DNA from: Malacoraja senta
Lineage: Eukaryota
Direction: 5' to 3'
Assembly: GCA_038087875.1 (NCBI GenBank)
Contig: CM075988.1
Span: 17,548,001 to 17,612,000 of the forward strand
Length of the DNA stretch: 64,000 nucleotides
The notes below the pieces were generated by a model. That model was not told the origin of the DNA and did no database searches. It saw only the letters and a program-made list of their open reading frames with translations. The position numbers and the translations under genes were made by a program. Below, in pieces: positions 51,608 through 61,960 of this stretch (position 1 is the first letter of the stretch; every line of letters begins with the position of its first letter).

Positions 51608-52630
51608 GTCATAGTCTTTCACCCAACTTTCCCACACCGGCCACATGTCCCAGCTACACTAGTCTAACCTGCCTGCATTTGGCCCATATCCCTTTAAACC
51701 TGTCGTAGCAAGAGACTCTGTGCATCTACCCGATCTATTCCTCTCATGATTTAATACACCTCTATAAGATCACCCCTCACCCTCCTACGCTCCAAGGAAT
51801 AGAGATGGCCTGTTCAATCCCTCCCTAGACCTCAGACCCTCGAGACCTGGCAACATACATCTTCTCTGTACCCATTCCAGCTTGACAACATCTTTCCTAT
51901 AACATAGTGCTCAGAACTGGACAAAATACTCTAAATGTGGCCTCACCAACTTCTTATATAACTGCAACATGATCTCCCAACTTCTATACTCTGACTGATG
52001 AAGGCCAAAAGCCTTTTTGACCACCCTATCTACCTGCGACTCCACCTTTAAGGAAACATGAACTTGCACTCCTCGATCCCCAGGTCTACAAAACTCCCCA
52101 GACCCCTACCTTTCACTGTGAAGGTCCTGCCCATGTTACACCTCACATTTCTCTGTATTAAATTCTATCAACCATCCCTCAGCCCATCTGGCCAACAAAT
52201 CATGATCCTGCTGCAATTTTTGACAACCTTCTTCACTGTCTGCAATACCACCCACTTTTGTATCATCTGCAAACTTGCATGTATGTTCTCATCCAAACCA
52301 TTGATATAGATGACAGACAATAACAGGCCCCGTACCAAACCCTGAGGCACACCACTAGTCACAGGCCCCCAGTTCGAGTAGCAGCCTTCCACCATCACCC
52401 TCTGCTTCCTTCCATGAAACCAATTTTCTATCCATTCAGCTACCTCTCCTTGAATCGCATGCGATCTAACCTTCCAGAGCAGCCTACCATGTGGAACCTT
52501 GCTGAATGGTTTGCTGAAGTCCATATATACAGCATCTACAGCTCTGCCCTCATCAACCTTTTTGGTCACATCTTCAAACACATCAATCAGATTTGTGAGA
52601 CATGACCTTCCACATACAAACCCATGATAT
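51608..52630 (-). mobile_element. CR1 LINE fragment carried in the tandem-duplicated unit (paralog ~59125-60690)
   Basis: ORFs 52168..52656 and 60225..60638 are nearly identical CR1 RT remnants. Confidence 0.85.
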
Positions 52631-53739
52631 TTTTGCAACCATGAACTGCTTTCCATTCAGCTCCTCTGTGGAAAATTCCTATCAGCACTCAGTACTGGTC
52701 CTACAACACCTAGCATCCCAACTCAAGATGAGGGAGGTCACATATGTCTTCCTGGTTAACCTGGAAGTATTTGTGATGGGGAAATGGACAAACGACATTG
52801 ACCCTTCACCTGAAACATCATCTGTCCATTCCCTCCACAGATGCTGCTTGTCCTGCTGAGTTTGTTTTTTGTAATTTGTTTTTTTTGCTCAAGATTCCAG
52901 CATCTGCAGACTCTTGTGGCCCCAACTAAACCCAACAGCTGATTGCCATGGTCATAGTTTTCTCAATGCTACTTTTTATGTACAGTTTTACTGTGACTCT
53001 GTAGACCTGGGGTATAATCCATTTGGATCAATCCAATCAAGACTAGTATATTGCGAGGTCTCATGAGTTGCTTGATGAAAGATCATTCATCTGAAGCATT
53101 AACAGTTTCTCACCACAGATGTTGCCAGACCTGTTTACTTCCAGCATTTTCTTTGTTTTCATTTCTGTTTTCAACCGGATATACTTTACTGAAGGCAGGC
53201 AAATGGGACTGGCTTCAATAGACATCTTGGTCAGCACAGATGAGTTGGGGTCGAGAGGGCTATTTCCATGCTGCATAATTCTATGACAATTATTTTATTA
53301 TTTTTTAAGCGATGGCTAATATAAATAATTTAGTGAGCAAATAAGTAAGATCTTAAGACCAGAACAACAGTTGGCACTATACAGCAGCTCAATTTTCTTG
53401 ACAAATTTTGTTAAGAAGGAAACTATGAAAAGTTAGGAATTAATACAAGTTGGGCAGCATTCTGTGATGAGAAAAATAGTTAACATTTCTGGTCAATAAT
53501 CTTCATCAGACTTGAACAGGCCACAGACTTAAAATGTGAATGCTCTGTTTTTCTCCACAGATGCTGCCTAACCTGCTATATATTTCCATTAGTTTGCTTC
53601 TTCAACTGATTTTAAGCATTGGCCTTTAATGTTTATAAGCGAATGACTTTGGAGAAGTATAAACTCATAAAACTGACGTTATAAAACTACTTTGAAAAAT
53701 ATATTTTAAAAAAAATAAAATAAATAAAACTACTTTGGA

Positions 53740-53828
53740 GAAATTGAAACTGAAACTCAAAAAATTCAAAATAACGTTCAGATGTTGCCCAACCTGACGG
53801 CAGTGTTACTTCCTGGACCACGGTGAGT
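53740..53828 (+). promoter_or_regulatory. Distal promoter and exon 1 of Gig2 copy B: triple-GAAA ISRE and donor
   Basis: GAAATTGAAACTGAAACT at 53740-53757; GTGAGT at 53823-53828. Confidence 0.65.
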
Positions 53829-54590
53829 AACACCATGATCTCCGCTCCTTCGTGTGTGTGATCCAAACTCTAAGTGGTGAAAGAATCAAGGGGAAGAGCA
53901 GAACATTCTTACACATTTACGGGTTGTAATATTGAGTGAAGTTGAAATTTTAACAGGGGAAACTTGAAAACTACAAAAACAAAAAGCTATGAACAAGAGC
54001 AAGGGCGTGGGACTAATTGCATAACTGCGGCTTTCTCCCTGGGATATTATCTTTAAGGCTGTCATGTCGTATTCCTGGGAAAATGGGACAGTGTTAAAAA
54101 TATTGATGTCTTCATGCACCAGTTTCTGTCAATAAGACTCTGAACGGCAGAGGACTGAATCAACAAATTTGTACAGTCGTTTCCTGTTATTGCAGTCTCA
54201 CTAGCGTTGAATTTGGATTTCCTTTGGAACATCAATTGTGAATTAATTCCTGAATTATTATATAATTGTAAGCAAAAATAATAAGCGGTGTACTAGGTGA
54301 AACACACTTTAATGTTATCAGTAACAGGGAGCAGAGAGACACACAACTTGCGGAAAATGTTAGTGTGCTTACTCCCGTGCCTTTAAGTTTCCATTTCAGT
54401 ACTTTTCCTATTCAGAAAATCAACTGTTGAAACTTGTACCCAAAGTGGCCAGTTCTGATGTAAGAACTCAACCTCTAAAGTTAATTCAGCTTTTTCGTTC
54501 CATAGATGTTTTCTGATTTTTTTTTAAATACTGGTATTTTACACATATTACAACTCTGCGTAACTTGTTATTGAAATGAAATTTTTGTGC

Positions 54591-55036
54591 TCGGTCCTGG
54601 AGTCTATGTCAGTAGGGACCTCCAAAAAGCTAGCAGGTATCCCCTGGACATCGATCCCAGCCAAAGGATTGTGCTTAAGTTGCTAGTCATTGTGGGGAAA
54701 GTCTAAAAGATAGATTATCAAGGGCACCCACTAGAGAAGACATGGCGCAGTGAAGGCTATGACACTGCTTGCTGCGCTCCATTCTGTGGGATGGTTGAAA
54801 GTGGTTTGGAAGAGGATTGTGTCTGGGATCCCAAAAGAATAAAAGTTATTGATGTATTTCGCCCAAGAAATAATCAGTATAACCAGTGGATCTCCACCGA
54901 ATACTTCTGATCCTACTGGGGCAATGGGGTAATAGTTAGAAGATTTGGATAATGGTAATCTTGGGTGTAACAATGGTGGTGGGAGCTCCACGTATGACAA
55001 TCAAACTTAGGGTTCGGGGGGAGAAAGCTCCTATTT
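54591..55036 (+). pseudogene. gig2: 5'-truncated Gig2 fragment (3' ~2/3 of CDS plus start of 3'UTR) inserted in the intron of copy B
   Basis: Reads LGPGVYVSRDLQKASRYPLDIDPSQRIVLKLLVIVGKV*KIDYQGHPLEKTWRSEGYDTACCAPFCGMVESGLEEDCVWDPKRIKVIDVFRPRNNQYNQWISTEYF*. Premature TAA at 54704-54706; lacks the ATG and the HGT motif. Confidence 0.9.
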
Positions 55037-55588
55037 AGAAACATTGGTCGGATGTACTAAGGTTAAACTATTGGCAAATTAGTTGAGTCTAGTTTAGTTT
55101 TTAATCAGTTTATTGTCACATATACGAGGAGCTGTGAAAAGATTTTTTGTTGCGTGTTATCCAGTCAGCGGAAAGACTACATGCTTAAAATCAAGCTGTC
55201 CACAGTGCAGATACAGGATGAAAGGAATAACATTTAGTGCAAGATAAAGTCCAATAGGGTCTCCAAGGAGGTAGACGGTAGCTCAGGACCGTGCTCTACT
55301 TAGTGATACTAATTGGTGATAGCAGCTGGGAAGAAACTGTCCCTAAATCTGGAGGCTTTCACACTTCTGTACCACCTGCATAAAGGGGAGAGGGAAGAAA
55401 CTAAGACACGCTCTTGATTATGCTGGTGGCCTTGCCGAGGCAGTGTGAAGTGTTGATTCGAAGACATGAGTCAAAATATACATATATATATAGAAAGATA
55501 AGTAAATTTTTGATCCATTCCTCTGGAAGCAATTTTTTTTTTTACTATCACAAAACCAGATTTGTTGCTCAAATTTATTCTCTGCATA

Positions 55589-55606
55589 GAAAAGGAAACT
55601 GAAAAC
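55589..55606 (+). promoter_or_regulatory. Proximal triple-GAAA ISRE-like element (copy B)
   Basis: GAAAAGGAAACTGAAAAC followed by TATATAAA at ~55632-55639. Confidence 0.55.
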
Positions 55607-55764
55607 CCATAACCCAGCTTATACTTAAATATATATAAACCACAACATACAAGTCAAGACATTTATTAATTGATATATTGGTCAGGGCAATATCATAAGG
55701 CATTGAATACCTTTACAATATTTAAGATTGTGGTTGAGCAGGAGCCAGGGTATGTTTTTCCAAG

Positions 55765-55911
55765 TGGTGCAACATACCTTGAGGAGATTTCGCAGTGGAG
55801 TGAAAGACTTCTTCATTCTGAAGAAGGGTCTTGACCCGAAACATCACCCATTCCTTCTCTCCAGAGATGCTGCCTGTCCCACTGAGTTACTCCAGCATTT
55901 TGTGTCTACCT
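55765..55911 (+). mobile_element. Hammerhead-core short insertion with 14-bp TSD, shared by copies B and C, absent from A
   Basis: TATGTTTTTCCAAG at 55751-55764 and 55912-55925; paralog 63479-63625; empty site at 44581-44600. Confidence 0.8.
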
Positions 55912-56423
55912 TATGTTTTTCCAAGAATCTGTTTGGCAGATTCACCAGCATGGAAAAACCTGAGGGACATATGGAGACACAAGGAAATGCAGATGCTTGA
56001 GCTAAAAACAAAGTACTGATTACAAAGTATAAAGTATTAATTTGCCAGGTGAGGCAGCATTTGTGGTGGAACATGGATGGATCTTCTTTTGGGATCTTGT
56101 CGGGATCTATCTTCTTACTGATGGAGCAGGGACGAGGAAGCTGGAGAGAAGGGGTGGGGCAAAAGCCCAGTAAGTGATAAGTGAGGGAAGAGGAATCGAT
56201 TGAGAGATGGTTAGAGATCATGATAAAGACTAGAGGTGAAATAAAGAGGAAATGGTAAAAGAAAAGAAGTGGATCAGTGAAACGTAAAAGGGGACAACGT
56301 AAAAGGAGGGCGAAATCGGAGAGGGAAATATGATCAGATTTGGTTAAGAATTAAGGACAGAATTAATAACTCTCTTACTTTTATTTTTGTCAAAAGGCAA
56401 GTTTTGAAATTCAACTCATTACC

Positions 56424-56924
56424 ATGGCCTATTCTATGCAAAATATATGGGCTGAACAAGATGGACCTGGTTTTAATCCACCGTGCCTCGAAAGTCTTGT
56501 GTCACCAGTTGAAGACAAGATCTATGTGATGTACCATGGAACCAGTGCTGCAAGTGCACAGGCCATTTGTAAAACTGGTTTCCGTCAATCCAAGGATGGC
56601 ATGCTCGGTCCTGGAGTCTATGTTAGTAGGGACCTCCAAAAAGCTGGCAGGTATCCCCTGGACATCGATCCCAGCCAAAGGATTGTGCTTAAGTTGCTAG
56701 TCAATGTGGGAAAAGTCAAAAAGATAGATTATCAAGGGCACCCACTCCAGATGACATGGCACAGAAAAGGCTATGACACTGCTTGGTGCCCTCCAAAGAG
56801 TGGGATGGTTGAAAGTGGTTTGGAAGAGGATTGTGTCTGGGATCCCAAAAGAATAAAAGTTATTGATGCAATTCCCCCCCAAAAGAATCAGTGTAATCAG
56901 TGGATCTTCACCAAATACTCCTGA
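56424..56924 (+). CDS. gig2: Gig2-family PARP-like protein, copy B, 166 aa
   Basis: Same motifs as copy A and colinear without gaps; acceptor AG at 56395-56396; ACCATGG start context. Confidence 0.93.
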   Translation: MAYSMQNIWAEQDGPGFNPPCLESLVSPVEDKIYVMYHGTSAASAQAICKTGFRQSKDGMLGPGVYVSRDLQKAGRYPLDIDPSQRIVLKLLVNVGKVKKIDYQGHPLQMTWHRKGYDTAWCPPKSGMVESGLEEDCVWDPKRIKVIDAIPPQKNQCNQWIFTKYS

Positions 56925-59367
56925 TCTTACTGGGGCAATGGGGTAATAGTTAGAAGATGTGGATAATGGTGATCTTGGGTGTAACAATGGTGGTGGGAGC
57001 TCCATATATGACAATCAAACTTAGGGTTCCTGGGGAGAAAGCTCCTATTTTTGAAGATGGCCCTCAGTATGCTTTAGAGAGTAATAGAAACGGATTAAGT
57101 GGGTTATCCCATAACCTACCAATGTTCATCGTGTAAATCTTGTGAAAAATTGGTTGTTTTGGTGATATATTGGAGGTTGCTATAACCGGGAAAGCAGATA
57201 ATTAGGAAGATCAGCATCAGCTGCAGTGGGAATAAAACAAGTTCGGGAAATAAAGCAAATAATTCTACTCAGACAATAACATTAAAAAATCAGGTGTATA
57301 AAGTGTCAGATCATGTTCTTTGAAATGCAACCTCTCAAAGCAATCACTGTATTATTCTGTAGCAACAACTTTTGTGAGCTGGAAAACCATTGATCACTGT
57401 ACTCTGTGTCTTGTACTACATTTAATAAAAATCATTGGCCACTTTTTAGTTGTTTTGTTGTATTTATGGGATAACATGCCTCCTCAGTGGAGAAGGTACC
57501 ACCATTATATGAGATACAAGCCATATACAAAACATTGTTCACAACGTTATGTGACTCTTCCGCCTATATTTCTCCCTCTTGTCTCTCCTTTCATCTAAAT
57601 CCCTCCCCCGGGTGTCTCCTTCCACCTATCTGCCTTCCAACACTATCCATCCCTCTGGCTTTACATTTCACTCCTCTTCATCTAACCTTCCTCACCTGCA
57701 TCCACCTATCACTTGCCAGGCATTGTTCTGTCTCCACTTTATTTTCCTAGCTATCCCCTACTACAATCAATCTGAAAAAGGTCTCTAACCCAAAATGTCG
57801 TCTATCACTTCCCCCCACAGATGATGCCTGACCTGCTGATCCACTCCAGCACTTTGTATTTTGATCAAAATTCCAGCATCTGCATTTTTTGTGGCTCCAA
57901 TATGTAACTCTTTTTCTTCTCACCACAGGCCTACTGCGCACCTCTCCATCTATAACCAATGGCACTACTTTCAGCCATTTCCATTTCGATAGTAAAACTT
58001 GTTCAGTTAGTTTACCTGTCTCTCAGAAAACTCATTCAAACCCTCACATTCCTCTCATTTTATGCCAGTTGTTCAATTCCTTTCCTACCATAACCCTGTC
58101 ACACCTTAGTTTCCTATTAAAACTACCCCCCCCCCCCCAACCCCCCTCTCTCACTTTAACTATATGTTGTCTGGTTCTTGATTCCCCTGCCCTGGGCATT
58201 TATCCTATTTATCCCTCTCATAATCTTATAAACCTCTATAAGGTGACAGTCTTCTGAAGAACTCTATATGAAGATTCCAAATGGATGACTCACACACAAG
58301 TCAGGAGTGATTGTGGCAAACAAATGTAGATGAATGCTTCAACTATAGTGAAATTCTCTTGTAATAATTGTGGATCAGTTTTGTACTGCAGACCACATAT
58401 ACTGTATACGCTGTGGCAGTGTTCATACCACTGGTGTTGATTTCTCTAACTTCAAGTAATCCTAGCATTCCCTCTCTCTGTGTCTCTCCACCACCCTAGT
58501 TCTCTGACTAGTTTCACTATCCTAATTTACTAATTATAATATTAATCAGTCCAGAGCAGAATTAGGTACCCATTAATTGATTACTACAAAAGGAAATTGA
58601 ACAATGTGGTTTTGCAAAATTAAACTCTGTGCCATCAGCTACAGTAGTTTTCTTTTCCTGTCACAGATTATCACTGCCTTATACTAAAGTGACATGAGAG
58701 AAAATTGAATGTAGCTCATCTATGTTAAATTTGCCACAGTTCATTCAGTAAGGTGATGCAGCTTTTGAGAAAACTTTGACCTTGTTTCCAATCACATATA
58801 AATGACATTGAACTGAAATCTAATTGACACTTACATCTTAATAACTGATCCTTTGCAAAAAGAAAAAAAAGATTTAAAAATACGCATCATTAAGACAGTA
58901 TCTGTTCGTAATAAGGATGTTTAGCACTTTTTATTTTCTCAGTCTCTCAGCACTACTTAATAATCACAGATGAGGGAACAGGTGATGTACGTGATGCAAA
59001 ATATAAACAGTTTGAGGAACTCAGCGGGTCAGGCAGTATATGTGGAGGGAAAAGGATGAGCAACAGTTTAGAATTGGACCCTTCTACAGACTGAGGGAGA
59101 GGGGAGGTAGCTGGCAGAAAAAGTCATAGTCTTCCACCCAACTTTTCCACACCGGCCAACATGTCCCAGCTACACTAGTCTAACCTGCCTGCATTTGGCC
59201 CATATCCCTATAAAAACCTGTCATACCAAAAGACTCTGTGCATCTACCCGATCTATTCCTCTCATGATTTTATACACCTCTATAAGATCACCCCTCACTC
59301 TCCTGTGCTGCAAGGAATAGAGCCAGCCTGTTCAACCTCTCCCTAAAGCTCAGAACCTCGAGACTTG

Positions 59368-59916
59368 TGTGGAAGTTAATAATGATTTAACTCACAAAAT
59401 GGATTCCGCTGAAACTAAGACAGGCTTTCACCTTCTTGTATTAAGTTGCAAAGCCAGCGAAACGCACTAACCTTTGCTTTCAGTACATTAACAAAGCTAG
59501 CAGACTGTTGATGTTCCCTTTCCAATAACATAAGCGAGATAACAAGCACAGCTTCATGAATGTCTCCTCTATAACATAAACATTAGAGAGAATTCAGCCT
59601 GACCCTTGTTCTATAAGATTATGATGTGCGTCATAAGTAGAAAAAATCAAAAAGCTTGTTCTGCAGAAATATAACTTTCTCATATAACCATATATGGCTA
59701 ACCCTTCGTCTGTCAGAAGAACCTGTCAATCATAAGAAGCTGTCAATCTTAAGGATCTGTCAATCTTAAGAAGCAAGATGCTGTACTATGCTTTGTAGAT
59801 AACATATTCCTGAATCGTCGATTAGTGGGGTATATATACATGTAGTGAGATCATTGTCCCTTTGTGTGGGACTTCTCTTTATAGTCTGTTAACAGTATAA
59901 TGTAAAGAGTTTCACA
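59368..59916 (+). mobile_element. Possible solo LTR (TG...CA) inserted in a CR1 fragment, only in the B-C spacer
   Basis: Termini TGTGGAA / TTTCACA; three 17-bp direct repeats at 59723-59773; TATATATA at ~59831; absent at the paralogous site ~51845-51865; no clean TSD. Confidence 0.45.
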
Positions 59917-61871
59917 TCTTCTCTGTACCCATTCCAGCTTGACAACATCTTTCCTATAACATAGTGCTCAGAACTTGTCAAAATACTCTAAATGTGGCCT
60001 CAGCAAAGTTTTATATAACTGCAACATGACCTCCCAACTTCTATACTATGACTGATGAAGGCCAAAAGCCTTTTTGACCACCCTATCTACCTGCGACTCC
60101 ACCTTCAAGGAAACATGTACCTGCACTCCTCAATCCCTACGTTTACAACACTGCCCAGAGCCCTACCTTACACTGTGAAGGTCCTGCCCATGTTACACCT
60201 CACATTTCTCTGTATTAAATTCTATCAACCATCCCTCAGCCCATCTGGCCAACAAATCATGATCCTGCTGCAATTTTTGACAACCTTCTTCACTATCTGC
60301 AATACCACCCACTTTTGTATCATCTGCAAACTTGCATGTATGTTCTCATCCAAACCATTGATATAGATGACAGACAATAACAGGCCCCGTACCAAACCCT
60401 GAGGCACACCACTAGTCACAGGCCCCCAGTTAGAGTAGCAGCCTTCCACCATCACCCTCTGCTTCCTTCCATGAAACCAATTTTCTATCCATTCAGCTAC
60501 CTCTCCTTGGATCCCATGCGATCTAACCTTCCAGAGCAGCCTATCATGTGGAACCTTGCTGAATGGTTTGCTGAAGTCCATATATACAACATCTACAGCT
60601 CTGCCCTCATCAACCTTTTTGGTCACATCTTCAAACACCTCAATCAGATTTGTGAGACATGACCTTCCACATACAAAACCATGATATTTTTACAGCCATG
60701 AACTGCTTTCCATTCAGCTCCTCTGTAGAAAATTCCTGTCAGCACTCAGACCTGATCATACAATACCAAGCATCCCAACTCAAGATGAGGGCGGTCACAT
60801 ATGTCTTCCTGGTTAACCCTTCACAAACTGATACAAGGATCTACAACCTGATCACAAAGCAAACTGATAGGAGAACTCAACAGGCCTGGAAGTATTTGTG
60901 ATGGGGAAAAGGACAAACAACATTGACCCTTCACCCGAAACATCATCTGTCCATTCCCTCCACAGATGCTGCCTGGCCTGCTGAGTTGTTTTTTGTAATT
61001 TGTTTGTTTTTCTCAAGATTCCAGCATCTGCAGACTCTTGTGGCCCCAACTAAACCCAACAGCTGATTGCCATGGTCATAGTTTTCTCAATGCTACTTTT
61101 GTCATGTACGGTTTTACTGTGACTCTGTAGCCCTGGGGTATAACCCATTTGGATAAATCCAATCAAGACAAGTATACTTGCGAGGTCTCATGAGTTGCTT
61201 GATGAAAGATCATTCATCTGAAGCATTAACAGTTTCTCACCACAGATGTTGCCAGACCTGTTTACTTCCAGTATTTTCTTTGTTTTAATTTCTGTTTTCA
61301 ACCGGATATACTTTACTGAAGGCAGGCAAATGGGACTGGCTTCAATAGACATCTTGGTCAGCATAGATGAGTTGAGGGCGAGAGGGCTATTTCCATGCTG
61401 CATAATTCTATGACTATTATTTTATTATTTTGTAAGCAATGGCCAGTATAAATTTTATGTTTTAATTTTAATTTCTGATAAAAACAACATTTTAACAACT
61501 GTGAATCATTAGTGAGCAAATGAGTAAGATCTTAAGACAGAGTGTGTTGGCACTATACAGCAGCTCAATTTTCTTGACAAATTTTGTTAAGAAGGAAACT
61601 ATGAAAAGTTAGGAATTAATACAAGTTGGGCAGCATTCTGTGATGAGAAAAATAGTTAACATTTCAGGTGAATAACCTCCATCAGACTCGAACAGACCAC
61701 AGACTTAAAATGTGAATGCTCTGTTTTTCTCCGCAGATGCTGCCTAACCTGCTATGTATTTCCATTAATTTGCATTTTCAACTGATTTTAAACATTGGCC
61801 TTTGATGTTTATATGCGAATGAATTTGGAGAAGTATAAACTCAAACACTGACGTTATAAAACTACTTTGGA

Positions 61872-61960
61872 GAAATTGAAACTGAAACTCAAAAAATTTA
61901 AAATAAAGTACCGATGTTGCCCATCCTGATGGCAGTGTTACTTCCTGGACCAAGGTGAGT
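61872..61960 (+). promoter_or_regulatory. Distal promoter and exon 1 of a third Gig2 copy (C)
   Basis: GAAATTGAAACTGAAACT at 61872-61889; AAG|GTGAGT at 61955-61960. Confidence 0.65.

Noticed and set aside
45348..57014. Antisense ORFs MSYVELPPPLLHPR.. overlapping each Gig2 3' end (45348-45704, 54731-55000, 56697-57014)
   Set aside because: Recurrence is explained by recent duplication; lengths and stops differ, the starts are non-ATG, and no family is recognised.
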